A DNA stretch of 64,000 bases from Microthyrium microscopicum (Eukaryota). The translations under genes and the position numbers were made by a program. Under the pieces are notes generated by a model. The model was not told the origin of the DNA, ran no database searches, and saw nothing but the letters and a program-made list of their open reading frames with translations. The DNA lies in NCBI GenBank assembly GCA_010405405.1, contig MU004240.1, positions 324,316 through 388,315 on the forward strand, given 5' to 3'. Positions 34,205-46,034 of this stretch are shown here, in pieces; the stretch's first letter is position 1; the number at the start of each line of letters is the position of its first letter.

Positions 34205-35758
34205 CTAGAACGAGAACCATTGCTCTAAAGCGACCTTTGCAGTCTCCAAATCCAAATCATTGCCTTCTGCCATCCAAGCAACGAAACCGTCTGGCCTAAC
34301 CAGCAAAGCATGAAGTCCGCGGGTGTCCTTCGCATTAATGGCGATATAGTCCACCCTCGCCTCGTACCTTAAACCAGTCACCAACTCTTCAAGCTTCGTA
34401 TTCTCTTCAAAGTCAATGAAAAACCCTCGACCTCCTGAAAACTTGGAACCCAGTCGTGAGCCACCAACCAACTCGAAGTCAGGCGCGCTTGAGCCTACAA
34501 GAGGATGGGCATGTGCTTCGGCATTTCCTGGCTTATATCGCAGTGACAGACCCCAGAAACGGTCGATGAGTATATTGGTACCATCTGTAGTAGCAATGAG
34601 ATCACGAATGAGTTGCTGTGAGGCGGCGCCCAAAGGAGCAGGTTGGAGTATGGCGACTTGTGCGCGGCTGAACTCCAGAACACCTTCTCCAGCAGGATGG
34701 CGCTTATTGTGATATGTATCGAGCAGCGTAAGATCCGGTTTAGCTCCTTCTAGTCCATGTTCCTGTCGGATTGTCGATGCTACCTTCCATCCTATATTCA
34801 TGGCATCTGCAAGTCCACAGTTCAAGCCTTGAGCTCCTAATGGAGGATGGATATGAGCAGTATCACCAGCTAGGAGAATTCGTCCTACCGGTAAGTGGTC
34901 ACTTCTTTCGATCGGATTTGGATGCCGAAGAAAGCAAAATGTTCTTGATTTTGATATCTGTGGTGCCTGCGACGCGGTTCAAAACATCTTGGAGATGCTC
35001 GTGTGGAATCTTCTTGTCGCGATACTGAGCGGCAGCTTCACCGTTGTCAAAGTCTACCAGAAACATAATACCTGGGCTTAGAATGTACATTCCGTTTCTC
35101 GTAGGGTTGAAACCGGGCTTCAACTTGTCGGCATTATCAAGGTGGCATTAAATTCCATGAGCGGTGAATTTGGCCTCTGTTCCGTCAAAATCGAAACCTC
35201 CAGCTTTGCGAACGAAATTTCGCCCACCATCGCAGCCTACAAGTCACCTGCCACGGAAAGTGTCGTGATTTGCAGTTTCCACCGTAACACTATTGTCGTC
35301 CTGGGCTACAATGCTTGCAACTCCAATGCTCCTGAGGATCGTGACGCCCAGACTTTCAGCACGCTCCTTCAAAATGCTCTCGACACGGTCCATAGACGTC
35401 GAACCAGGTGCTAAAGAAGGACTAGGAATGCTATAATTCCAGCGGCTCAGCTCGAGCTTGTTTGCATCGAAGAATATGCCCGCAAAATGTCTACCAAACC
35501 GGAATCCAGCAGTCTTTTCAAGGGGCGAATCCGGCTCTTTCGAGTCCAAGAACTTGTTTAGAAGGCCGCGCCTGTAGAAACCCTCAACCGCAACGGTATT
35601 CAAGCCGCGTCTTCTCATCGGTGTAGCTTCTATGGGTCTTCTTGTTCAGCGTTACGTTCTAAAACCAGAACTGGCATGCGGGCAAGGCCCAGCTCACAGG
35701 CGAGAAAGAGCCCGATATGTCCCGCACCAGCAATGACAACATCGTATAGTTTACTCAT
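34205..35758 (-). pseudogene. FAD-dependent aromatic monooxygenase (PheA/TfdB-like) pseudogene
   Basis: DVVIAGAGHIGL, LVGCDGGR, RILLAGDTAHIHPPLGAQGLN and LLVRPDG motifs are present. They are interrupted by in-frame stops (TAG 35630-35632, TGA 35244-35246, TAA ~35148) and frameshifts (~35620, ~34890-34900); no introns explain the breaks. Confidence 0.88.
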
Positions 35759-36153
35759 AGTGCATTTAGATGAAGACTTTTGAGGCTCCTACTATCGCTT
35801 TGAGGTAATAGATTTGGTAGTGCTCTGTAGAATGAGTCGAATCTTATGGAATTGGAACCCATAAGCAAGAACCATTTTCGCTGATTTCGCTTTAATTTTA
35901 TGACGTTCGTCCAGAATAGGCAACCGTTGGGCGCCAATGAATTTGTTGTCTGATCTGGTCGAAAAGAGGAGGGTTTTATCCAATTCGGGCATTCATAAAG
36001 CCCGACCGGACTTTGATGCAACCCGTGCGGCCTAGGTATACGATTTGACCCTCTATCGATGCTCCAAGATAAGAGCCAAGTACCCTTTTGACTCCACTTG
36101 GCCGAAAGAACACATTCGACGAAGGCTTTGAAGTCGTACCGTTTAGATCAATC

Positions 36154-36771
36154 ATGTCTGTTCCCAGACAGGAAACCATACCAGCCAGACACGGGTCAGC
36201 AGTTCGACTCGTAGCACAACAGTCACTCAAAATACACAATAGTCACGGCAATCAAGTTGTAGACACATGGGCTTTCACTGTCGAAGGTCCGGAAAGTGGA
36301 ACTTTTTCATCATACATGAGCATGTCACAAACTCGTTCGGCAATACGGAAGCTCTGTCCTGAAGTCAATGACACGCTTGTAACGAACCTCTGTCATCCAA
36401 TCCTGACAATGGTCGAAGATACGGCAAATGGAACACACGATACCCTCTTTCCGGCATGCAACCCTCAGCGGTATGCGCATCTAGGAGCACCTCATCGCTC
36501 CTGTGCTGAAAACTGCCGCGAAGCGAGCGCAGCGGCCGGGATTATCTTGGCTGAAGGGCAGGTTCCAGATCCGTTCAACCTTTTCATGAACGTTGAAGTC
36601 GATTGGAAAGCTGACTTTGGTATTCAACTTCGAGAGCCACTGAGCAGGCCTGGCTCCCATGTAACATTGCGGGCTGAAGTGGATTGTGTTGTTGTCATGA
36701 GTGCATGTCCCAATGATATCACAATGGTGAACGGCAAAAATTGTAGAGACGTTGTGTTTGAGGTCTTCTGA
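36154..36771 (+). CDS. Urea carboxylase-associated family protein (DUF1989)
   Basis: IPARHG, GNQVVDTWAF, DT..G.HDTLFPAC, SCAEN, PDPFNLFMNV and VVMSACPND; intronless. Confidence 0.88.
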   Translation: MSVPRQETIPARHGSAVRLVAQQSLKIHNSHGNQVVDTWAFTVEGPESGTFSSYMSMSQTRSAIRKLCPEVNDTLVTNLCHPILTMVEDTANGTHDTLFPACNPQRYAHLGAPHRSCAENCREASAAAGIILAEGQVPDPFNLFMNVEVDWKADFGIQLREPLSRPGSHVTLRAEVDCVVVMSACPNDITMVNGKNCRDVVFEVF

Positions 36772-36974
36772 AATTTTACTTAGTGATTCGATTGACTTGA
36801 AATGGAAATACTTACATGTTGTTGATTGCGTATGAGACCATTTCGCTCAGCAACACTGACCTCTTGTGCCGTATCCTGTTTGTGTATTGTAATTTATAAC
36901 CCTTTCTCCCTTCACCCTGTCTACCTTTGGCCAAATTGACACCTCGCTCCACAAAAAGACTACCAATCAGTGTC

Positions 36975-38744
36975 CTAACGTCCGTGTTTTGTAGGTCTCG
37001 TAGGCGGCGGTCTTAAAACCTCATCTTCCATCCTCGGATCCATAGCCAACAACTCCCTCTCCGCCTCCCACAACGGTGACTCTGGCAGCTCTCTTGGACC
37101 GCCATCATCTCGGAACCGCGCCCGCCAATATATCTCTGGCGGTCCATCCGGGCCGTCAGGATACTCCACCACCAAACTCCACGCATCCATCAATGACTCA
37201 GGATCATACTCGCCGTTATCCTCCGTACCCGGCCCTCTCAGCGCAAAACGCGTACGCACACTGGGATGTATATACTCGTGCGTTTGCCGCAGCGGCCGCT
37301 TGCCACGGGCGCCAGATTCTGGGTCGGCGGCAGTATATCTGCCAGGAGTACGCAGAGTGCCGCCACCGAGCGAGTAGATGCCGCTCATGCTGTTGATTAT
37401 TTTGCCAAAGGACCATGGGCGCGGACGGCGGTGGTGGGAGCGGTAGTACTCGTCGTTTTCGGCATTTTGGCGGGCGATGGTGTCGCGGTCAAAGTCGAGG
37501 AAGGGGGAGAGTTGAGCGATCATCCAGGCGAAGGTTATTGTGCTGAGTTCTTCGTCATCATAGCCACCACCGATGTTGGAGTGTACGCCAGGGAACCAAA
37601 CTTGCCGGAGACGCTGGAGTTGCGGTTAGCGATAGCACTGAGAGCATGGATATGGAGACGTTACTGTGTGGTTATCTTCAGTTTTCTCCCAAACAGCGGG
37701 GCCGAACGAGGTTCTCTTTTCGTCAAGTGCTAGAGCCTGAAAAGCATTCTCGACGATGTTGGGCAATTTTGTATCATAGAACGCCATTTCAGGGGCTTCA
37801 CGGCCTTGGACACCTAAGTGCTGGAGGATGCCGACTCGAGGAATTCCAAGAGCACCTATAGCGATTAGATATGAGTTTGCAAGATGCAATGAGAGACCAT
37901 ACCAACGGTGTCCCATACTCCGACGGCTTTAATTGGAACATCAAGGACTGTAAGTCCTCTCTATTGCTTTCAATTAGCATTTAGTTCTGTTGAGGACGGA
38001 TCAGAACCTACTCGATATAGCTCTTCTCGATACCTTGGGCTATTGGCACTCGGTTTATTCGGAAACGGAACATCAGGCAGCTTCGCACGATATCTAGGAT
38101 CCCTTCTATGGAGAACATCCTTATATATCTCCGGCAAATACGTGAGGCCTCTTTTCGTCAAAATGCCAACCGTGTTCATCACGCCAGCAACAGTTCTAGC
38201 CGTAAATGCACCTCTTGAGAATCCAACCAAAAAGATCTCATCGCCAGGTGCATAATTGTTGCTAATGAAGCTATATGCTTCGCGCACATTTTGATTCAGC
38301 CCTTCACCCACGGCTCCCATGATTACGCGATCAACGGGCCCTCCACTGCTTCCTATTCCCTTGTGGTAGAATACAATTTGCTGGACACCACGGTCGCCTT
38401 CGGGGAGAATTGCGCGCGCGAGTCGAGTTACGTTGGACTCTATTTGTAGCTCACCGTTGAGCATTCCATTATCGGAATCCAGCCATGTTCCTGGATTGAA
38501 GTTCAGCCGAGTCCAAGACAGACCACGAAGTATGTTGCATTGGCTTCATCTATTGTAACTTACCATCGCAGGCGACAATGATCCTCTTGGGAGGATGTGA
38601 GAATCGTGCCGGAGAAGGATGTCTTATTGCGACTCTAGTATCCAGAGGACGGCCCGTTCGACTAGTTGGCCGACTTCCAGGACGAATAGGCAGAGTGACG
38701 ACCTCCAAACGGCCAGATTCATCGTATCTGTCATACTGAGACAT
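36975..38744 (-). CDS. DUF2235 (Tle1-like alpha/beta-hydrolase domain) protein, 5 exons
   Basis: KRIIVACDGTW, SNVTRL, GFSRGAFTAR, GVWDTVGALG, ALALDEKR and QVWFPGVHSNIGGG. Introns 38491-38563, 37961-38011, 37856-37902 and 37614-37664. Confidence 0.9.
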
Positions 38745-39542
38745 TTTGTATTTTTCCTCCCTCAAAAACTTCGTCAATGTTGAAGCGCTATCCCAACCTC
38801 CCCAGCTCTTGCAACCACGGCCTCATAGGCTGCAAGCTTTGCCACCCCTTCAAATTTCTAGGATACGCGGAGAAGTCTGCCAAAGTTGTATATGAAGTGT
38901 CGAGTTCAATTGTCTATATGTTTATGGGCGATAAAACTAGTAGAACGTGTATGTGGCACTAACTTGTCGTTGGGTATCACTCGACAACGTGAGAGCAACG
39001 TTTTGGGCGGTCACGAGCTAGGAAGAGTAGGCACGGCACGTTTAATGCACCCACGCGGTGAGGCTGAAACTTGCAGTTTAATCCTTACGAGTATCAGATC
39101 TTACATTTTGTATTAGACTGTCAGGCTTGACAGACATACAACTCTAGAAAGAGGATATGAGGTAAAGAGAAGCCATCTGTTTGTGAATATGTTTTAATGC
39201 GTTGCTGGACTTGCTGAGAATAATCAGTTCCCTCCGACCTGGCATTTGATGTACGCCACATGAGGAGGTTCGATAAAGGCGTGTGTATCAAGAGGAAAGT
39301 TTGGTTTTCGAAATCTAAGATACTAATTGTCCTCATATAAAGGTAGAATCCTCATATATTTTTATCCCCTGAGATAAACCATAAATAACCATTGTGGCTT
39401 CCAACTGCTCTACGCCGCAAAAACCGATCGAATTTATTTTTGGCCTTACCATCAAATTCTCGCCGCTGCAGGTGGTCCATCCAAACGCCACGCATTAAAT
39501 CGAGTCATGTGAAAAACAACAACGTGGGGTTTCAAAATAGTC

Positions 39543-42262
39543 CAAAAGAAGTTTCCACTGACCCCTTATTCAAACCCCCCCTGCTAGAGGCCCCCCTTAG
39601 GGGCGTTTCGTCGACGCCATTGTGGATTCTAAGAATTAGGTAGTTTTTATACCTAAATCCTAGAATCTATAATAGCGCTAATAATTAGTATCCTAATAGA
39701 CGCGCTTTAGCCGTTACGTAGCGCGGACGTAGTATTCTATATCTAAAGCTTATAGAATCGCGTAAGACGTACTAAAGGGTTAGAAATAAAGAGATTTTAA
39801 AATATATAGGTTCTTATAGTAAATTATACTATAATTCTAGGTATAGAGAGCTATAACGATATAGAATAAGTAGTAGAATCTTTAGAACTTTATTAGTTTT
39901 TAAAGTATTAATTTTACCTTAAATTCTTTAATTTTAGACTTAAAATGTTGTCTCTTTTTATATATTATAACTTAAAGGATAATATATGCATAGTAGTAAG
40001 AAAATACGCGTTATATAAACGCTTTACTATAAAAATAATAAGAATAGATAAAATGAAGTATATTTTGTACTATTATTAAAAGATAAAGTTTAAAGATTTT
40101 AAACTTATTTACTTTTAAAGAGGGAAGATTATTATTAAAAAGGCTAAGAAATACTAGACTATAACTAGGCTTAATAGTAATAATATTTATATTTATTAAG
40201 GGCTTTTTCTACCCCTAAGATTATAAGTAATATCTATATAAATTATTAAGGAAGTGCTTTTAATAATAAGAGCGTTATTAATACGTATACTAGTTATTAA
40301 TATTTAGAAAGTAATGCTCTATAAGATTAGTTATAAACTAAATTGTAATATTATTAATAGGCTAAAGAGGAAGATATTTAAGTATTTTATTAACGACTTC
40401 TTAGATTCCTACCTTTAGTTTCCTAATTATATTTAACGTCTAGTTATAGTAAATCTTAACGCGTTTATAAGGGTTAAGAAGGTAGGAGAGAGGTAGTTTT
40501 AGTACGTTTTTATCTATTCTATAGTAAGTTAAACGTTATAAAAATATATGCCTAAAATCTTATATTTAGACATATACTATTATAAAGAAGACTATAATTT
40601 ACGTCTTACTTTAGTTGTAGGTATTAATAGTAATAAGGAATTATTAATTTATACGTAGGTAGTATTTAAAAGTAAGAATAACGAGTCTTAGAAATAGTTC
40701 TATAGGTATTTAAATAAAGCGTTGCTAGAAATTAAGAGTATATATCTTAGAGATAAGAAATTATTTTATTCCTTAAAGATCTTTTTATTAGCTTAGAGGT
40801 TAGAATATTTAATATTTTAGTCTTTAGTAGCCTTAGTATACCTTATTAAATGCGTTAAATATTATAATATTATAATCCTATACTACTTTTTATACCTTTA
40901 TATCTTTTTACTTTATCTAATTTATATCCTTTTTAGTATCTTAATTTATAATTCTCTTAGACTAAGATAAGAGTCTTTAAAATACTATTCTTACTATCTT
41001 CTAAAATATAAATTTAGAGTAGTATATATAGTACTTAAGTAAGAATATTAGTAAGAAGTACTTATAGCTTACTAGCACTTATATCCTTTAGTATATCTAT
41101 ATTACTATTCCTAATAAGTAAAATTACTTTTAATACGAAGATTATTATAAATATAGTACTATATTTATTAAGACGCTAAATTTTTACTCTTAAGATTAAT
41201 AGGTTCTTATAGATTTTAAAAGCTTATAATATAATACTATTATATTAAACTTTACTAAATTTACTAACTATACTATTAATTAAAGTAGAAGGGAATATCT
41301 TCTCTTTATACTTAATTATATATAGGATTATACTATAGAGATATAAATAAATTAATTTTATATTATTACTATTACGCTTTAATATCTACTAAATTGCTTT
41401 GCTATTATATATAATTTCCTTACCTAATACGTATATATCTTCTTTAATAATTATACTTTATAGGTTAAGAAGTCTCTTATCTTTATTAAAATTAACGTAT
41501 ATAACTATAACGCGTTAGCTATAATAGTATTTTAAAAGCTATATTAAGATAATCTAAAGGACTACTTTATAAACCTTAATACTTAAGCCTATACTTATTT
41601 ATAATAGTAGGATAAGTTATTTCTTTATCTATACGCCGTTATAGCTTATTTTTATCTTTAACTTAATTCTATAGAGTATATTAACTAAATATAATATCTT
41701 TATAGCCTTAAGAAGTACTATCTTAATCTTAAGAATAGTAATAATAATATTCTTAATAAAATAATAAATTCTATCTCTATTCTTTATTTTACTTTTAACC
41801 CTAATTTTGCTCTTTTTCCTTTAGAATCTCTAAAGACGTAGAGGCTAAAATAGAGTAAGAGGAAGGTTATTAGTAGTAAGTATAATAAGCTTAAAAATAT
41901 ATATTAAAAATATAGTTCTTATAGGTAACTAAGATATAATTCTTAATTCTATTAAGTCTAGTAAATAGGTATGTTTTAATAGGTAAACATAACTTTCTTT
42001 TAACGTCTTTTTTTATAGTATTTTATAGCTAAATTGAATCTTAATACTAAAAATAAGGTTATAATGCGTAATCCTATAGGATATCTATCCTTTCTAAAGG
42101 TGCATCTATTAGGATACTAACTATTAGCGCTATTATAGATTCTAGGATTTAGGTATAAAAACTACCTAATTCTTGGGATCTATAATGGCGTCAACGGAAC
42201 GTCCCCAAGGGGGGCCTCTGGCAGGGGGGGTTTGAATAAGGGGTCAGTGGAAACTTCTTTTG
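39543..42262 (+). mobile_element. RIP-inactivated Mutator (MULE) DNA transposon, 2720 bp
   Basis: TIRs of about 165 bp (CAAAAGAAGTTTCCACTGACCCC.. / ..GGGGTCAGTGGAAACTTCTTTTG); 10-bp TSD CAAAATAGTC at 39533-39542 and 42263-42272. Interior is extremely AT-rich and TpA-rich, with a decayed MULE-like transposase frame at ~40566-40740. Confidence 0.93.
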
Positions 42263-43135
42263 CAAAATAGTCAGGTTTTCTGAATCGACGAATCGGAAAC
42301 ACTCCACCTCTGATCTCCAGCCCAGCGGGTCAAGCACCAAGCACCAAGCTCCATCTTTTTTGTTGGCTGATCTGCTTTGCCGCACCTCTAATTCGCCCAC
42401 GCCTCTTTAGCTACCTCTAATAATTTAGGTGCCACCACAGATTTGCGGGAGAGCTTTCCGGTACCGAGGGATGGATTTCCGAAAGTCTAAACAAAAAGTT
42501 GGCAAGATCAACTGCCTCCTTGATATAAGTGGAATTGATGCTGAAGTGGAACAAAACATAGGGGAAAGAGTAAGAAGAGAGGCATTGTTGAATCAGATTT
42601 TCTTAAGAAAAGAAAGTAATATCAAGGTAGTTGTAACATTTTTTTGCTTTTCCCACTATCGCTAGATTCAAAATCGCTCAATGACATCTATTGCCCACGA
42701 TTCCTGATGGTACAGGGAATACCTTCTAATGTCAAACTCAAGCCCAATTCCCCAATATCATACAAAGCTTGATAGAGCTTGGTCAGCCGTTACAACTAAA
42801 AACTACAGACTCGCGAGAGGTATCATGTACTGTAAAGCCACGAGAAGAGAGTCCCAGGGAGAATATCTCAAAATCACCCCACCCACCAAAATACATATGC
42901 TTTCCGTGAACGCCAATCAACACTTGTATACCAATGTGCTGCAATCCCAAAACATAAAAAGAGGAGAAGATAAATGTAACAATCAATAGTCAGAGTACAA
43001 GGAGGGTGGTCGTACAAGGAGGTATTGAGGTGAGAGAGAGAAAAAGGACAAGATCGCTAAACTCAACGCTGTTCTTTTGGTTGCTCTGCGTAAAGGAAGT
43101 ATAGCAAAAATATCCTGTAAACAAACAAAAGCTAG

Positions 43136-44467
43136 CTAGTAGCTTTCAAAGAGATCTTCAAGCTCATCAAGCTCTAAAGTTTCTGGACTTTGAAGTTCCG
43201 TCCAGACGAAACTTGTATCAGTAATGTCCTCAGTTATCGCAAGCGATAGAGGTGGCATTGTATGTCGTAAAGCACCAGCTTCTGTGTCTGGCTGGGCAAA
43301 TATTAGCGGACTGCTGAAGAAGCTGGGCCTTGACAACATCGCGTCGTCGGCCTGGCCAAATACAGCGAGCTCTCTACTGCGCTGCGTGGAGCTTTCAATG
43401 ATTTCATCAAACATTGTCACCTCGAAACTAGGTGCGTTCTCAATCTTGACATCCGCCTTCTCTGCTCCTGCCTCTGCTTGCCGTAATTGCAACGAGTTTG
43501 CCGTCTTTGTAAATTCATGCTCATCATGTTCCAGAGGCGCACTTGTGCGGCTTTGCGAGAAACCGGGAGTTGTTATGCTTTCAAAAGACGTGCTCCGTGA
43601 AAGTTGTGCCTCAGCTTCAATAAGATCGGGTGAGGTTAATTCTACCTCGGGTGATGGGGACATGTCGGAACGACGTCGTATTGAGAGATCCTCGTCTTCA
43701 GAGGGCGCCGATGTCAGGGAAGGAGATATTATGCGGTTTTGTTTTGAAATAGCGTCAGGGTCAGGGATGGCTTGGCGCGGTTGTGTCATGAGGAAGAAGA
43801 AGAGGCGTTTGGGATGGGTACCGACAAGTTCCTTGCCAAGAGGACAAGGCGCGAGCGCAGTCCAAGGCCGCTTCAGGAAATTGGTCAAGCGCGAGGAAAT
43901 AATAGCTGACTGGTTTGCAGAGCTATAAGATTGTCAAAATAAGTTCCGCCCTAAATGTTGTGGGTGTTTCATAATGGGAGTGAACCTAGAGGTACTTACG
44001 TCGCAACGACAGGGAGGTAGTTGATGGTACCAGCGAGTTCCTTCAGAAGCGCGGGCCTACCAAAAGTAAGTATTATGTCTTGGAGATGCGAGTAACAATA
44101 ATCACCTATTGTCATTCTTTTCCAAATGCTCAATTGTAGCGACCACGACATCATCATTTATACCCTCGGTATCGACCTTGCGTGGCACGGGTACTTCGCG
44201 CTCGCCTCCTGCTTGCGGAGGAGGCGACGGCGGCGGTGTATGTACAGCGATTGTGGGTCGAGATTCTTTTGGTAGAGGAACGGCGAATTTGGGAGGACTG
44301 GAAAGCGAGTCTGGTGCAGTTGCATCGCTATGTGAGCGCTTTATTCTTTTGGCGGCCGGAAAGTCGTCAATTGCGGAAGAGGACGGGGGAGATCGCTGGA
44401 CTGGGCGCGGAACGTGAATGCCCAGCAGTGTAAGATTTACGGATTTCCTTCTCGTGGAATATGCCAT
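43136..44467 (-). CDS. GDS1-like nuclear protein, 3 exons
   Basis: MAYSTRRKSVNL..LGI, HTPPPSP, DTEGINDDVV..LE..NRP..LKELA and SSRLTNFLKRPWTALAPCPLGKEL..HPKR; introns 44057-44105 and 43923-43999. Confidence 0.78.
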
Positions 44468-44932
44468 GAGGAAGGACTGTGGAGAGTAGGAGGGAATATG
44501 GGGCGGTTGGAGGTGAGAGTTGAGGTGAGAGGAACAGATGTTTTGGAGAAGCAGGGAAGGGAGGTGAGCTCCAGATCGCGATGGCAGCTGGAAGAGTAGG
44601 AGGTACGGGAGCTGGAAGGAAGCTGCGAGCCTGCAACACTGGGATTGGGAAAGAACGACCGAGGGGGCGGACCAAGGGGAGAAACACCAGGCGGCGTCGC
44701 GAGGCAAGAGCAACCCACGCGGGCCGCGCTTCCCAACTTCAAGCTTCCCAGTGCCTCTTACCTACCATGGCATACACTCTAACAGGTAGTAGCTACCAAG
44801 GGCCAAATTACTTGTAAACTGCTTTCTACTCTAGTATAATAACTTCATCTCATATCTACAGATACATGTTGGCTCACTCTAGAATAGGGTTTCAGTTGTT
44901 CAAAGTATCTCCCTGTTAGCTTTATTCACGAT

Positions 44933-44952
44933 GGCAGGCAGGCAGGCAGGCA
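44933..44952 (+). repeat. (GGCA)5 microsatellite
   Basis: ggcaggcaggcaggcaggca read directly from the sequence. Confidence 0.85.
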
Positions 44953-45705
44953 TTCGTGCTATTAATGCTATCAGGCTCGCTGCATGTGCTGCTCCTGCGC
45001 TTGTCGCAAAAGCCTGACGGACGGGGACAGCTGGTATAAAAGCTGCACCTCTCCATGTCTCTACTAACTGCTTTCTATACTTGCGCGCTCTCTCACCACC
45101 ATTGTCGGCAAATCATACAATCACCGACTCCACACCTTCAAACCATCACAGGCCACTAGAAAGGCGAAAGACTGTCGCCCCGTTCAAACCATGCATTCTT
45201 AGCCCCTTGATATGCATATTTTCAGTTCTGCCTCCTCCATTATCATTCCGACCTGCGCATTGGATGAGCTACTTTTGGAGCTTTGCCGAGCTGTTGCTGT
45301 TGCTGTTGCTCTCCTGTCCCGTTGAAGAATTGTACCACTGTTGCACGTTGTGGCAGCACCCACTCGACCCTCTCCACTCACACTAGCCGACCTGCAGCCT
45401 CGTTATTAGTTAACAAGATCATCCATGATCCGTACATTATTTCATCATGTTGGCGTCAAACTTTTATCCACTCGAACCACTATCAATCAAGCTTCGTCAT
45501 AATATTCAAGTCATCCCTTCGTCCATTATTTGCGGCCCTTATTATTGAAGCAATCGCCATGTTTTGCCCCCAATCCTGCCATCCGCCGCCCATGCTATGC
45601 AAGGATTCATATCCATCTGACTGTAGCGTCACCAATGCCACTCCATGCTTCTCCTGCCCCCATTTTTGAAGCATCCGGTGCTGCAGGCAATCAATATCTT
45701 TCATA

Positions 45706-46034
45706 CCGAAAACTTCTGTTGAAACGCAACATGCTAGCGTGCCTATTTGGGTCGCGGTCCCACTAAATTTAGCGGGCGCTGCCCCTGTTGGTGATCATTT
45801 GTCCCTTTTGAATTACCTGAAGGTGATTGGCTCGAAAGGAGTTTCCCTTAAGCCTCTATCCGCTTTTACAAGGATTAATGAATAAGTTGATACGGTAAGT
45901 AATCCACATTTAGAAGAAAATTATCCCTGTTAATACCCTTCCTGACCCCTTTTGCCCCATCTAGCGCAAGCCCAAAAGCCTTCTCTGATCCAAATAGGCA
46001 CGCTAGCATGTTGCGTTTCAACAGAAGTTTTCGG
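45706..46034. mobile_element. Intact MITE, 329 bp, perfect 45-bp TIRs and TA target duplication (Tc1/mariner-type)
   Basis: CCGAAAACTTCTGTTGAAACGCAACATGCTAGCGTGCCTATTTGG at 45706-45750 and its exact reverse complement at 45990-46034; TA at 45704-45705 and 46035-46036; no coding capacity. Confidence 0.9.

Noticed and set aside
39700..42100. AT-rich block as a centromere, NUMT or foreign insertion
   Set aside because: It is bounded exactly by TIRs and a TSD, and shows a RIP dinucleotide pattern with transposase remnants.
43224..43928. 234-aa plus-strand ORF (likewise 57153-57803 and 61704-62294)
   Set aside because: These are antisense shadows of well-supported minus-strand genes.
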